DNA from: an uncultured virus (IMG/VR IMGVR_UViG_3300039136_000054)
Lineage: Duplodnaviria > Heunggongvirae > Uroviricota > Caudoviricetes
Virus record (IMG/VR): IMGVR_UViG_3300039136_000054
Reading direction: 5' to 3' (one strand)
Length of the DNA: 20,000 nt
Shown: positions 1-6,792 of the stretch, one piece after another
How the letters are laid out: each line of letters begins with the position of its first letter
Numbering within the stretch: the stretch's first letter is position 1
Made by a program: the position numbers and the translations under genes
Notes under the pieces: model-generated
What the model was told of the DNA's origin: nothing
The model's database searches: none
What the model saw: the letters and a program-made list of their open reading frames with translations, nothing else

Positions 1-112
1 ACACGTCTGGTTGTCTGGTGTATGCTTCGGGGTCTGAATAGATCTCTGCTTCCAGGGCGTTAAGCAAAGATTTAAGATTCTTGTGGATTAGTTTGAGTCT
101 TTCTCTGTCCAT
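1..112 (-). CDS. Small hypothetical protein, 5' part only (MDRERLKLIHKNLKSLLNALEAEIYSDPEAY...), runs off the window edge
   Basis: Hand translation: ATG at 112-110, GGAGG Shine-Dalgarno at 117-121, open frame to position 1. Confidence 0.75.
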   Translation of the reverse strand, partial: MDRERLKLIHKNLKSLLNALEAEIYSDPEAYTRQPDV

Positions 113-131
113 AAAACCTCCCTTTAATTAT

Positions 132-160
132 ATAGTAGCATAAAAAAAGGGGGTTTGCAA
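132..160 (-). promoter_or_regulatory. Putative sigma70-type promoter overlapping a terminator
   Basis: TTGCAA (155-160), 17 nt, TG-n-TACTAT (132-137). Confidence 0.45.
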
Positions 161-167
161 CCCCCCC
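142..167 (-). terminator. Rho-independent terminator
   Basis: GGGGGGGTT-GCA-AACCCCC hairpin followed by T7, just after the stop at 172. Confidence 0.85.
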
Positions 168-171
168 AGTC

Positions 172-345
172 TTACATAAGAATACGTCTGCAGATTCTCT
201 TACATTCTGTTTGATTGAGCGCGTCACATTCAATCAGGCATTCGTAGTAGTCATCTAGTTTCTGGTTCTCTATTGCTAGATCATCCATTGTTTCTTCTAG
301 ATGTCTCCACTCATCCAACTGACTGCGTGACAGTAGTGTATGCAT
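172..345 (-). CDS. Small Cys-rich hypothetical protein (57 aa; YECLIEC...ECKRICRR)
   Basis: ORF track 172..372; start moved to ATG 345 because GGAGGTGG SD lies at 348-355. Two Cx3C motifs. Confidence 0.75.
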   Translation of the reverse strand: MHTLLSRSQLDEWRHLEETMDDLAIENQKLDDYYECLIECDALNQTECKRICRRILM

Positions 346-397
346 TTCCACCTCCAAGTCGATTGTACACATAATGTAGAGAGGGGGTTTGGTTCAT
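311..397 (-). CDS. Putative 28-aa upstream ORF overlapping the start of 172..345 (MNQTPSLHYVYNRLGGGNAYTTVTQSVG)
   Basis: GGAGGT SD at 403-408, ATG 397, TGA 311-313. Confidence 0.4.
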   Translation of the reverse strand: MNQTPSLHYVYNRLGGGNAYTTVTQSVG

Positions 398-437
398 GTC
401 ACACCTCCATGTAATGCTGTACTATATAGAGAATTTG

Positions 438-451
438 GTAGCAGATTTTAC
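438..451. promoter_or_regulatory. NtcA-type box GTA-N8-TAC
   Basis: GTAgcagatttTAC in the intergenic region, 11 nt upstream of a minus-strand TATAGT (421-426). Confidence 0.35.
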
Positions 452-471
452 TATAATCGATGTGTTAGCAC

Positions 472-500
472 AAAAAAAGAGAGGTAACTTGACCTCCCTT
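472..500 (-). terminator. Rho-independent terminator closing the riboswitch/DUF4278 operon
   Basis: GGGAGGT-CAAGTT-ACCTCTC hairpin followed by T7. Confidence 0.8.
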
Positions 501-519
501 CACACAAACGTATTGAGTT

Positions 520-678
520 TTATTGCTTCACGTTCCAGCTGGACTTGCCTCGCGATTTTAGATAAACCATCTTGGCATATGATACACCACGATAAGTCAA
601 AAATCTAAAGACTTTATCTGGATCGTGTTTGGCAGGGTCATAGTCTGGAAGATCATATTCAAGTCTGATCTTCAGCAT
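520..678 (-). CDS. 52-aa protein with a DUF4278-like LTYRGVSY motif
   Basis: Hand translation MLKIRLEYDLPDYDPAKHDPDKVFRFLTYRGVSYAKMVYLKSRGKSSWNVKQ; GGGGGAG SD upstream. Confidence 0.7.
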   Translation of the reverse strand: MLKIRLEYDLPDYDPAKHDPDKVFRFLTYRGVSYAKMVYLKSRGKSSWNVKQ

Positions 679-686
679 CTCTCCCC

Positions 687-782
687 CTACAGTTTTTGCA
701 GGAGTAGGATCTCACCGTAAAGTAATGCGATGAATGCTGCACAACCTAGGGATGTTACTCCAACTAATTGTAGTGCTTGCAT
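687..782 (-). CDS. 31-aa single-TM micropeptide (MQALQLVGVTSLGCAAFIALLYGEILLLQKL)
   Basis: Hand translation; fills the gap between 788 and 678; uniformly hydrophobic. Confidence 0.6.
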   Translation of the reverse strand: MQALQLVGVTSLGCAAFIALLYGEILLLQKL

Positions 783-787
783 GACGA

Positions 788-955
788 TCACTTAACGTAG
801 GTGCGACCACGATAGCAGAATGTACCATGAGCTTCTTTGCTTTCTACGCAACGCTGATCATACTCGACACCACGATATGCGGTAGCGGTGATCTGTGCAT
901 CGTGCAGTGCAGCTGCCTTCTGGATCTGCTTCTTGATGAGAGTGAGGGTGTTCAT
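788..955 (-). CDS. DUF4278-like small protein (55 aa) with two YRG repeats (AYRGVEY, CYRGRTY)
   Basis: ATG 955 with AGGAGA SD at 962-967; lies directly downstream of the glnA-like aptamers, the known context for DUF4278 genes. Confidence 0.8.
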   Translation of the reverse strand: MNTLTLIKKQIQKAAALHDAQITATAYRGVEYDQRCVESKEAHGTFCYRGRTYVK

Positions 956-995
956 TGTAGGTCTCCTAAAAGAATGGGATTGTCGCCCCGTTCCT

Positions 996-1163
996 TCAGT
1001 CGTTTGCGCCCCAAACATCGAAACACTCTGGTACATAGTCCTTAACGGTATCTACCAGTTCTATTCTAACCTCTGACTCCAGGTGCTTTTGCTTTTGGAT
1101 CCGAAGGATTAAAGCATCGGCATCTGGACATGCCATCGATGAATACAAAAGTAATTCAAACAT
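996..1163 (-). CDS. 55-aa hypothetical protein inside aptamer 2 (MFELLLYSSMACPDADALILRIQKQKHLESEVRIELVDTVKDYVPECFDVWGAND)
   Basis: Hand translation (below the ORF-track cutoff); GGAG at 1174-1177; aligns with 1199..1399. Confidence 0.75.
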   Translation of the reverse strand: MFELLLYSSMACPDADALILRIQKQKHLESEVRIELVDTVKDYVPECFDVWGAND

Positions 1164-1198
1164 GGGGTGAACGCTCCGTTCCGCGACTTACTTGCGTC

Positions 1199-1399
1199 CT
1201 ATGTATACAACCCGTCGCATTGACCTTCCACCTTTGTCTTGAGATATCCAATAATATTCATCTTCGATCGAAGATCAAGATGAGGATCTAATTGAATCTC
1301 CACTCGACGTTGGAGGAACCTTTCACACGACATGTGCCACCCGTAGGGGTTGCCGTCATCATGATGGGCAAGGGTCAATGCCAGCAGGATGCTGAACAT
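1199..1399 (-). CDS. 66-aa hypothetical protein inside aptamer 1, hydrophobic N-terminus
   Basis: ORF track; start and stop codons sit in the two strands of the P2 stem. Confidence 0.75.
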   Translation of the reverse strand: MFSILLALTLAHHDDGNPYGWHMSCERFLQRRVEIQLDPHLDLRSKMNIIGYLKTKVEGQCDGLYT

Positions 1400-1417
1400 A
1401 AGATGAACGATTGCTAT

Positions 1418-1447
1418 AGTATAGCATTACTATATATCTTATGTCAA
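1418..1447 (-). promoter_or_regulatory. Sigma70-type (host-like early) promoter for the riboswitch operon
   Basis: TTGACA (1442-1447), 18 nt, TG-c-TATACT (1418-1423); predicted TSS ~1411, just upstream of CGUUC at 1409. Confidence 0.75.
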
Positions 1448-1448
1448 C

Positions 1449-1464
1449 TGTAACATCCGCTACA
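1449..1464. promoter_or_regulatory. NtcA-type box TGTA-N8-TACA
   Basis: tGTAacatccgcTACa directly upstream of the -35 element. Confidence 0.6.
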
Positions 1465-1468
1465 TTTA

Positions 1469-1732
1469 TTATTTCTTCTCTTTTGGTGCGTTAGGATCCA
1501 CCCACAGCTTGGGATTTGCTCTGCCTTCAGTCTGTACCATTGTAACAAAGTCTTTACGATACATGTCCCAGTAGTGATCGAAGATGTCTACTCTCTTACT
1601 GGCAGTCACGATATCAAACTTGGTCATACCATCTTGCAAATACTCTACCATGTATGCAGTGTATGGTAGAGAACGATCTTGACAAAGTGTGGGGTCACAA
1701 TCTTTGTGGATGTATTTAATTCCTTTCCCCAT
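1469..1732 (-). CDS. Hypothetical protein (87 aa, MGKGIKYIHKDCDP...)
   Basis: ORF track 1469..1798; start moved to ATG 1732, which forms a TGATG overlap with the upstream gene. Confidence 0.75.
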   Translation of the reverse strand: MGKGIKYIHKDCDPTLCQDRSLPYTAYMVEYLQDGMTKFDIVTASKRVDIFDHYWDMYRKDFVTMVQTEGRANPKLWVDPNAPKEKK

Positions 1733-2166
1733 CAGGCGCGACTCCCCCACTGAATTTGGGGGAACGCTTGTTCCACACATGCCCTGGTGATCTTCCAACG
1801 CTTGCCAAGTTTCTTGTCTTTGACCAGAACCAGAACCTCTGCTTCTCCTTCAGACAAACCCTCCAGCATTTGGATGAACAGTTCCTCTCGCTTGGACTGC
1901 TTAAGGGTGCTGCTACCGCCCTTGAAGAAGAGATAGAGCTTGCGGTACTCTTTCTCCAGAACTGTGTGCTCCGTCCCTTCAGGGGCATCGTTGGGGGTGT
2001 AGGGAACCTCTCCTGGTGGCAACAGACTGACGATGCTCTCGTCAAAGTTTGCAATCAGAATCGAGCGAAGTGCATTGGTGTTGTACTCCTTCAGAAGTTT
2101 GACCTTCTCTGGTTTTGTCTTCGCGTTGCTCACTTTCTGGAGCACTTCATTGATTAACAATTTCAT
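1732..2166 (-). CDS. Conserved T4-like phage hypothetical protein downstream of rnh
   Basis: 144-aa ORF with ATGA overlap with rnh; position typical of cyanomyoviruses. Confidence 0.8.
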   Translation of the reverse strand: MKLLINEVLQKVSNAKTKPEKVKLLKEYNTNALRSILIANFDESIVSLLPPGEVPYTPNDAPEGTEHTVLEKEYRKLYLFFKGGSSTLKQSKREELFIQMLEGLSEGEAEVLVLVKDKKLGKRWKITRACVEQAFPQIQWGSRA

Positions 2167-3026
2167 TTATCAAAGGGTGATGAACTACGAAAAAAGAATT
2201 CCTGCAACAAATCATTCAGTTGATGTTCCTTGAAGTATTCCAAGGGAACTTTCTTTCCACTGATATTTATGGAGTTGTATTCATCGAGAATTTTTTCCTC
2301 GATCTCTTCTGGAACATAATCAAAGTCAATCAAGTTTTGATTGCGATGATAGTTTGCCAGTTGCTGTGTGCTAGTACAGAACTCTGCTGGGTCCTGGTTG
2401 ATCCACTTGGCAACTTTCTTTTGACTGATAGGTTTCTGTCGTACACCAACAACAAACGTATCATCATCAGATAGAAAGTTAGGGATACCATCTGACTTGT
2501 CCCCACGCATCACATGCTCCTTGATATATTGCCAAGGATCATCATGAGACACAGGTCTCTTTGTGATTGGATTGTACTGCCTTACTCCTGGGTATTTCTG
2601 CAATTGAATGAAATCCTTATCCCCAGATAAAATAAGAATCCTGTCCTTCGGTCCCTTGTTCTTGCACAATGTAGAGATTACATCATCTGCTTCGGCACCG
2701 TGGACTTCTACTACCTTGTAAGGAAAGTATTCTCGAATCTCATCTCTAATTTTGTTTAGGACTTCAAAGATTGCTGTCCAGTTGTGAGATGATTCTGCTC
2801 TTGCTTTCTTTCTACTTGCTTTGTAGAAAGGAAAGATGTCCTTACGCCAGTAGTGTCTGCTATCGTATGCTAAAACAACTTCACCATAGTCTTCGGCGTA
2901 TTGTTTCTCGTATGAACGGAGACTGGTGAGCACCATATGTCTCACCAGTTTCTCATTCAATTCACTTTGTTTGATCTGTGCCATCAGGTTACTAATCATA
3001 ACCTGATTCATATCAATAATAACCAT
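2163..3026 (-). CDS. rnh: T4-type RNase H / 5'-3' exonuclease (FEN family)
   Basis: Motifs IIDMNQ, YWRKDIFPFYKASRK, EADDVI, SGDKDFIQL, GDKSDGIPN. Confidence 0.95.
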   Translation of the reverse strand: MVIIDMNQVMISNLMAQIKQSELNEKLVRHMVLTSLRSYEKQYAEDYGEVVLAYDSRHYWRKDIFPFYKASRKKARAESSHNWTAIFEVLNKIRDEIREYFPYKVVEVHGAEADDVISTLCKNKGPKDRILILSGDKDFIQLQKYPGVRQYNPITKRPVSHDDPWQYIKEHVMRGDKSDGIPNFLSDDDTFVVGVRQKPISQKKVAKWINQDPAEFCTSTQQLANYHRNQNLIDFDYVPEEIEEKILDEYNSINISGKKVPLEYFKEHQLNDLLQEFFFRSSSPFDK

Positions 3027-3246
3027 CCTCGTCGGAATCCTCCTCGTCTACGAAACGTACTGATAAGAGTTCTTCGTTGACGACCATACCTTCATCATCA
3101 TACATTTCTGGATGTTGTGGAAGATTTGATCGTGTATTCATGTAAGCATAAAGAAAATCGTTTGCTGTCCATCCGATTAGACCGCCGACAATTCCAAACA
3201 GAAACATTAGGATTGTCGAAAAGGTTAGGATTACTGCAGTCGTCAT
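3013..3246 (-). CDS. Small membrane protein: N-terminal TM helix, acidic tail
   Basis: Start moved to ATG 3246 (AGGAGA SD upstream); VILTFSTILMFLFGIVGGLIGW is a TM segment. Confidence 0.75.
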   Translation of the reverse strand: MTTAVILTFSTILMFLFGIVGGLIGWTANDFLYAYMNTRSNLPQHPEMYDDEGMVVNEELLSVRFVDEEDSDEDGYY

Positions 3247-3259
3247 GGCTCTTCTCCTG

Positions 3260-3430
3260 TTAGGTAGTGCTCTCCTCCCTCCAGGTAAATTCAATCTTAA
3301 ATTGAAATACTTTTTTTAGGAGAGCTAAACTGTGATTGATCTTGATTCCCCGCTCACTCGGCGGCGGGGGTGCTTTCGCCCTCCTACGAAGCATTAACTC
3401 CACACCTTTATTTATCTGGAGATCATCCAT
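3260..3430 (-). CDS. Hypothetical protein (56 aa, MDDLQINKGVELMLRRR...)
   Basis: ORF track; ATG 3430 overlaps the end of the glutaredoxin gene. Confidence 0.65.
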   Translation of the reverse strand: MDDLQINKGVELMLRRRAKAPPPPSERGIKINHSLALLKKVFQFKIEFTWREESTT

Positions 3431-3680
3431 TTTTCTTACGAGGGATAACAACACCATGATCTAGTAGATACTTTGCTGTTTGGGCAAGACCTCCAACTGG
3501 TTCACCATCTATAATAACATACGGATACCCTTTTGCCAAGGGGTACTGCTTGATCATGGTGTCCCTCGGGATGTCCTGCCCAACCACATAAGAACTGTAC
3601 TCTAGGTTAGCACGTTTCATTAGGATCTTTACCTTGTCACAGTAAGTGCAACCAGGAATAGTATAGATGTCGATTTTCAT
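3423..3680 (-). CDS. Glutaredoxin (NrdC-like)
   Basis: CTYC active site, YPYVIIDGEPVGG motif. Confidence 0.9.
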   Translation of the reverse strand: MKIDIYTIPGCTYCDKVKILMKRANLEYSSYVVGQDIPRDTMIKQYPLAKGYPYVIIDGEPVGGLAQTAKYLLDHGVVIPRKKNG

Positions 3681-4261
3681 TGAGGATTTTTAATTTTGAG
3701 ATTGAATGAAATTGAGTAGCGTTCTTCTTCACTTTCATTTGGTTTCACCATGTGCAGAAGATGAGAGGGGAACATAACTAGTCTACCCTTCTCTGGTTGA
3801 ATGAAGTGTACATTACTTCCATACCCATAGGTCTGATGCTCATGTGGGGATCGGAATACCAGGTCACCAGAATCTTCAGGAGCTTCAATCCATACCACAC
3901 CAGAATAAAAACAATGAGGATGTGTATGAGTCACGTTCCAGTTTCCTGGTCCATTTATATTGAACCACATGTTGTCAAGTTCCAATGATGTATTAGGAAA
4001 CCCGTTGTGATAAAACTGTTCAGCAATCTCATCAGCACATGGTTTAATCATCTCCCAGAGTCTAGTGGCAAGAGGAATGAAGTCAATGTCCTGGTGAATG
4101 TCAGACACAGACTGATACCCACCCATGTTACTCACAGTTTCGGATGGATACTTGTCTCTATACTTCCGAAAGTATTCCATGAAGTCAGTGTTGTCAAACT
4201 CATCATCATATGCAGAAAGAATGTAGAGTGGGAACAACTCCATGGTATTGTAATCAATCAT
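3677..4261 (-). CDS. 2OG-Fe(II) oxygenase-like protein (TIGR02466 type)
   Basis: WFNIN, HTHP, SGVVWI, FPSHLLHMV, RYSISFN. Confidence 0.9.
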   Translation of the reverse strand: MIDYNTMELFPLYILSAYDDEFDNTDFMEYFRKYRDKYPSETVSNMGGYQSVSDIHQDIDFIPLATRLWEMIKPCADEIAEQFYHNGFPNTSLELDNMWFNINGPGNWNVTHTHPHCFYSGVVWIEAPEDSGDLVFRSPHEHQTYGYGSNVHFIQPEKGRLVMFPSHLLHMVKPNESEEERYSISFNLKIKNPQ

Positions 4262-4488
4262 GCAAAACCTCCCTTGCTTTTCTTCTTCGGTTTAACATCA
4301 ACCACTTCCATATGTGATAGGAACTGACCAGGAGACTGGAACCATCGTGCGTGTGCTACCTGCCAGTCATCATAGATTTCTGTCTGACCATTGGTGAACA
4401 CAATCCTATAGCGATGCCTATCGTATGGTTTGTCACAGGTCTGCGTGAAGTATCTAGGATCGTTTGGTTTGATCAGATCGTAAGACAT
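4258..4488 (-). CDS. Hypothetical cyanophage protein (76 aa, ends KGGFA)
   Basis: ORF track; ATGA overlap with the next gene. Confidence 0.75.
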   Translation of the reverse strand: MSYDLIKPNDPRYFTQTCDKPYDRHRYRIVFTNGQTEIYDDWQVAHARWFQSPGQFLSHMEVVDVKPKKKSKGGFA

Positions 4489-4489
4489 T

Positions 4490-4511
4490 AAAAAAGGGGT
4501 CCGAAGACCCC
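4490..4511 (-). terminator. Rho-independent terminator after psbD
   Basis: GGGGTC-TTCG-GACCCC-T6, a cUUCGg tetraloop as in T4. Confidence 0.9.
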
Positions 4512-4518
4512 TAGTATA

Positions 4519-5574
4519 TCACAGAGCATTGCCTCTTGGCAACACCTCTTCGGGAAATACAAACTGCTCATGCGGTTGATCCACTGGTGCCATCCAGGCA
4601 CGTAGACCTTCGTTCAGCAGAATGTTCTTGGTGTAGAACGTCTCGAACTCGGGATCTTCCGATGCTCTGATCTCTTGACTTACGAAATCATAAGCCCGAA
4701 GATTAAGAGCAAGACCAATAATGCCGATGCTACTTGTCCAAAGACCCATAACAGGAACAAAAAGCATAAAAAAGTGCAACCACCTCTTATTAGAAAAGGC
4801 AATGCCGAAGATCTGACTCCAGAAGCGGTTCGCTGTAACCATTGAATAAGTTTCTTCTTCTTGAGTCGAATCGAATGCCTTGAAAGTATTTGCTTGTTCG
4901 CCATCTTGGTAGAGTGTGTTCTCAACAGTGACACCATGGATTGCAGACAGTAATGCTCCCCCTAGTATACCAGCAACACCCATCATATGGAAGGGGTTCA
5001 ATGTCCAGTTGTGGAATCCCTGAAGGAAGAGGAGGAATCGGAAGATTGCTGCGACCCCAAAAGATGGAGCGAAAAACCAACTCGATTGACCCAGAGGGTA
5101 GATGAGAAAGACACTAACGAAGACAGCAATAGGACCAGAGAAAGCAATCGCATTGTACGGACGGATGCCAATTAACCTAGCAAGTTCAAACTGTCGAAGC
5201 ATGAAACCAATGAGAGCAAAGGCTCCGTGGAGCGCCACAAAATTCCAGAGTCCCCCAAGCTGGAGCCAGCGTTGGAAATCGCCTTGAGATTCAGGACCCC
5301 AAAGTAGAAGAAGAGAATGACCCATAACATCAGCAGGCGTTGACACAGCCGCTGTAAGGAAGTTAGCACCCTCCAGGTAACTACTTGCAAGTCCGTGGGT
5401 GTACCAGCTTGTGACAAACGTAGTGCCAGTAAGCCAGCCACCAATTGCAAGATAAGCAGTGGGAAAAAGAAGTAATCCAGACCAACCCACAAAGACAAAG
5501 CGATCCCGTTTAAGCCAGTCATCAAGGATGTCAAACCATTCCCTCCTTGGTTGTTGTAATGTTGATGTTACCAT
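4519..5574 (-). CDS. psbD: Photosystem II D2 protein
   Basis: [16 protein letters not shown]...[10 protein letters not shown], 351 aa. Confidence 0.99.
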   Translation of the reverse strand: MVTSTLQQPRREWFDILDDWLKRDRFVFVGWSGLLLFPTAYLAIGGWLTGTTFVTSWYTHGLASSYLEGANFLTAAVSTPADVMGHSLLLLWGPESQGDFQRWLQLGGLWNFVALHGAFALIGFMLRQFELARLIGIRPYNAIAFSGPIAVFVSVFLIYPLGQSSWFFAPSFGVAAIFRFLLFLQGFHNWTLNPFHMMGVAGILGGALLSAIHGVTVENTLYQDGEQANTFKAFDSTQEEETYSMVTANRFWSQIFGIAFSNKRWLHFFMLFVPVMGLWTSSIGIIGLALNLRAYDFVSQEIRASEDPEFETFYTKNILLNEGLRAWMAPVDQPHEQFVFPEEVLPRGNAL

Positions 5575-5594
5575 TTATTTAACCTATGAAGACT

Positions 5595-5618
5595 AAAAAA
5601 GGGGGTCGGATGACCCCC
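5595..5618 (-). terminator. Terminator between psbA and psbD
   Basis: GGGGGTC-ATCC-GACCCCC-T6. Confidence 0.85.
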
Positions 5619-5640
5619 AATGTGTGTGTATACTAACCGA

Positions 5641-6720
5641 TCAACCAACAGTAGGTGCGGTGAGTGCAACAGGAGTAGACTCTGCAGCAGCAAGATCGAG
5701 AGGGAAGTTGTGAGCGTTACGCTCATGCATGACTTCCATACCCAGACCTGCACGGTTCAGAACGTCTGCCCAGGTGTTCACAACACGACCTTGACTTTCA
5801 ACAATGGATTGATTGAAGTTAAATCCGTTGAGGTTGAATGCCATGGTGCTGACGCCGAGGGCGGTAAACCAGATGCCCACAACTGGCCATGCTGCGAGGA
5901 AGAAATGCAGCGAGCGAGAATTGTTGAAAGAAGCATACTGGAAGATCAGACGACCGAAGTAACCGTGTGCAGCAACGATGTTGTAGGTTTCTTCTTCTTG
6001 ACCGAACTTGTAACCATAGTTTTGCGATTCGGTTTCAGTAGTTTCACGAACCAGCGAAGAAGTAACCAGACTTCCATGCATAGCAGAGAAAAGAGATCCA
6101 CCGAATACCCCAGCAACACCGAGCATGTGGAACGGATGCATAAGGATGTTGTGCTCTGCTTGGAACACAAGCATATAGTTAAAAGTACCAGAGATACCAA
6201 GAGGCATAGCATCGGAGAAAGATCCTTGACCGAAAGGATAGACGAGGAATACAGCAGATGCTGCAGCGACTGGAGCAGAATATGCTACGCAGATCCAGGG
6301 GCGCATACCCAGGCGGTAAGAAAGTTCCCACTCACGACCCATGTAGGCGTAGATGCCAATCAGGAAGTGGAAGACAACCAATTGGAAGGGACCACCGTTG
6401 TACAGCCACTCGTCGAGAGATGCTGCTTCCCAGATGGGATAGAAGTGAAGACCAATAGCATTGGACGAGGGAACGACAGCACCAGAGATGATGTTGTTAC
6501 CATAGAGAAGAGAACCAGCGACTGGTTCGCGGATGCCATCGATGTCCACAGGAGGAGCAGCGATAAAGGCGACGATGAAGCAGATGGTTGCAGCCAGCAG
6601 GGTGGGGATCATCAGGACACCAAACCAACCGACATACAGACGGTTGTTGGTAGAGGTGACCCATTCGCAGAAGGATTCCCAAGTGCTGACCGAACCTTTA
6701 CGTGAAAGAGTTGCAGTCAT
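5641..6720 (-). CDS. psbA: Photosystem II D1 protein, intronless; GREWE (Glu130, high-light type)
   Basis: [15 protein letters not shown]...HNFPLDLA plus C-terminal extension, 359 aa. Confidence 0.99.
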   Translation of the reverse strand: MTATLSRKGSVSTWESFCEWVTSTNNRLYVGWFGVLMIPTLLAATICFIVAFIAAPPVDIDGIREPVAGSLLYGNNIISGAVVPSSNAIGLHFYPIWEAASLDEWLYNGGPFQLVVFHFLIGIYAYMGREWELSYRLGMRPWICVAYSAPVAAASAVFLVYPFGQGSFSDAMPLGISGTFNYMLVFQAEHNILMHPFHMLGVAGVFGGSLFSAMHGSLVTSSLVRETTETESQNYGYKFGQEEETYNIVAAHGYFGRLIFQYASFNNSRSLHFFLAAWPVVGIWFTALGVSTMAFNLNGFNFNQSIVESQGRVVNTWADVLNRAGLGMEVMHERNAHNFPLDLAAAESTPVALTAPTVG

Positions 6721-6746
6721 AATAGTGCGTTTTGAACGTTAGTTAT

Positions 6747-6791
6747 GCAAACAATGTAACGACTCCTTAAAGGTCCTTTACATTTGTTTAC
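6747..6791 (-). ncRNA. psbA 5' UTR hairpin (PhotoRC-II-like)
   Basis: GUAAACAAAUGUAA...UUACAUUGUUUGC imperfect inverted repeat between the promoter and the ATG. Confidence 0.5.
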
Positions 6792-6792
6792 C

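Larger units (their letters stand above)
989..1409 (-). ncRNA. Double glutamine riboswitch-like element (glnA class) with ORFs in both P2 loops
   Basis: CGUUCA-[P2]-CGCAAGUAAGUCGCGGAACG-GAG-CGUUCA-[P2']-CGCAAACGACUGAAGGAACGG; both P2 stems pair; matches the glnA core as I recall it. Confidence 0.8.

Noticed and set aside
172..372. CP12 call for the Cys-rich small protein
   Set aside because: It lacks the CP12 C-terminal Cx8C-(x)-YD/E pattern and the AWD.VEEL core; its Cys spacing is Cx3C...Cx3C.
956..1036. N-terminal extension of the DUF4278 ORF in the ORF track
   Set aside because: The strong SD at 962-967 points to ATG 955; the extension crosses the aptamer and ORF B.
1716..2474. Alternative-frame and antisense ORFs (1716..2054, 1756..2157, 2033..2233, 2220..2474) and similar ones inside psbD, nrdA and nrdB
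   Set aside because: They lie inside well-supported genes and show no independent initiation signals or motifs.
5575..5640. Homing endonuclease or intron associated with psbA/psbD
   Set aside because: Both genes are continuous and full length, and the 66-nt gap holds only a terminator.
5620..6705. 361-aa plus-strand ORF antisense to psbA
   Set aside because: Codon-aligned antisense shadow of a highly biased gene, with no SD and no recognisable protein features.
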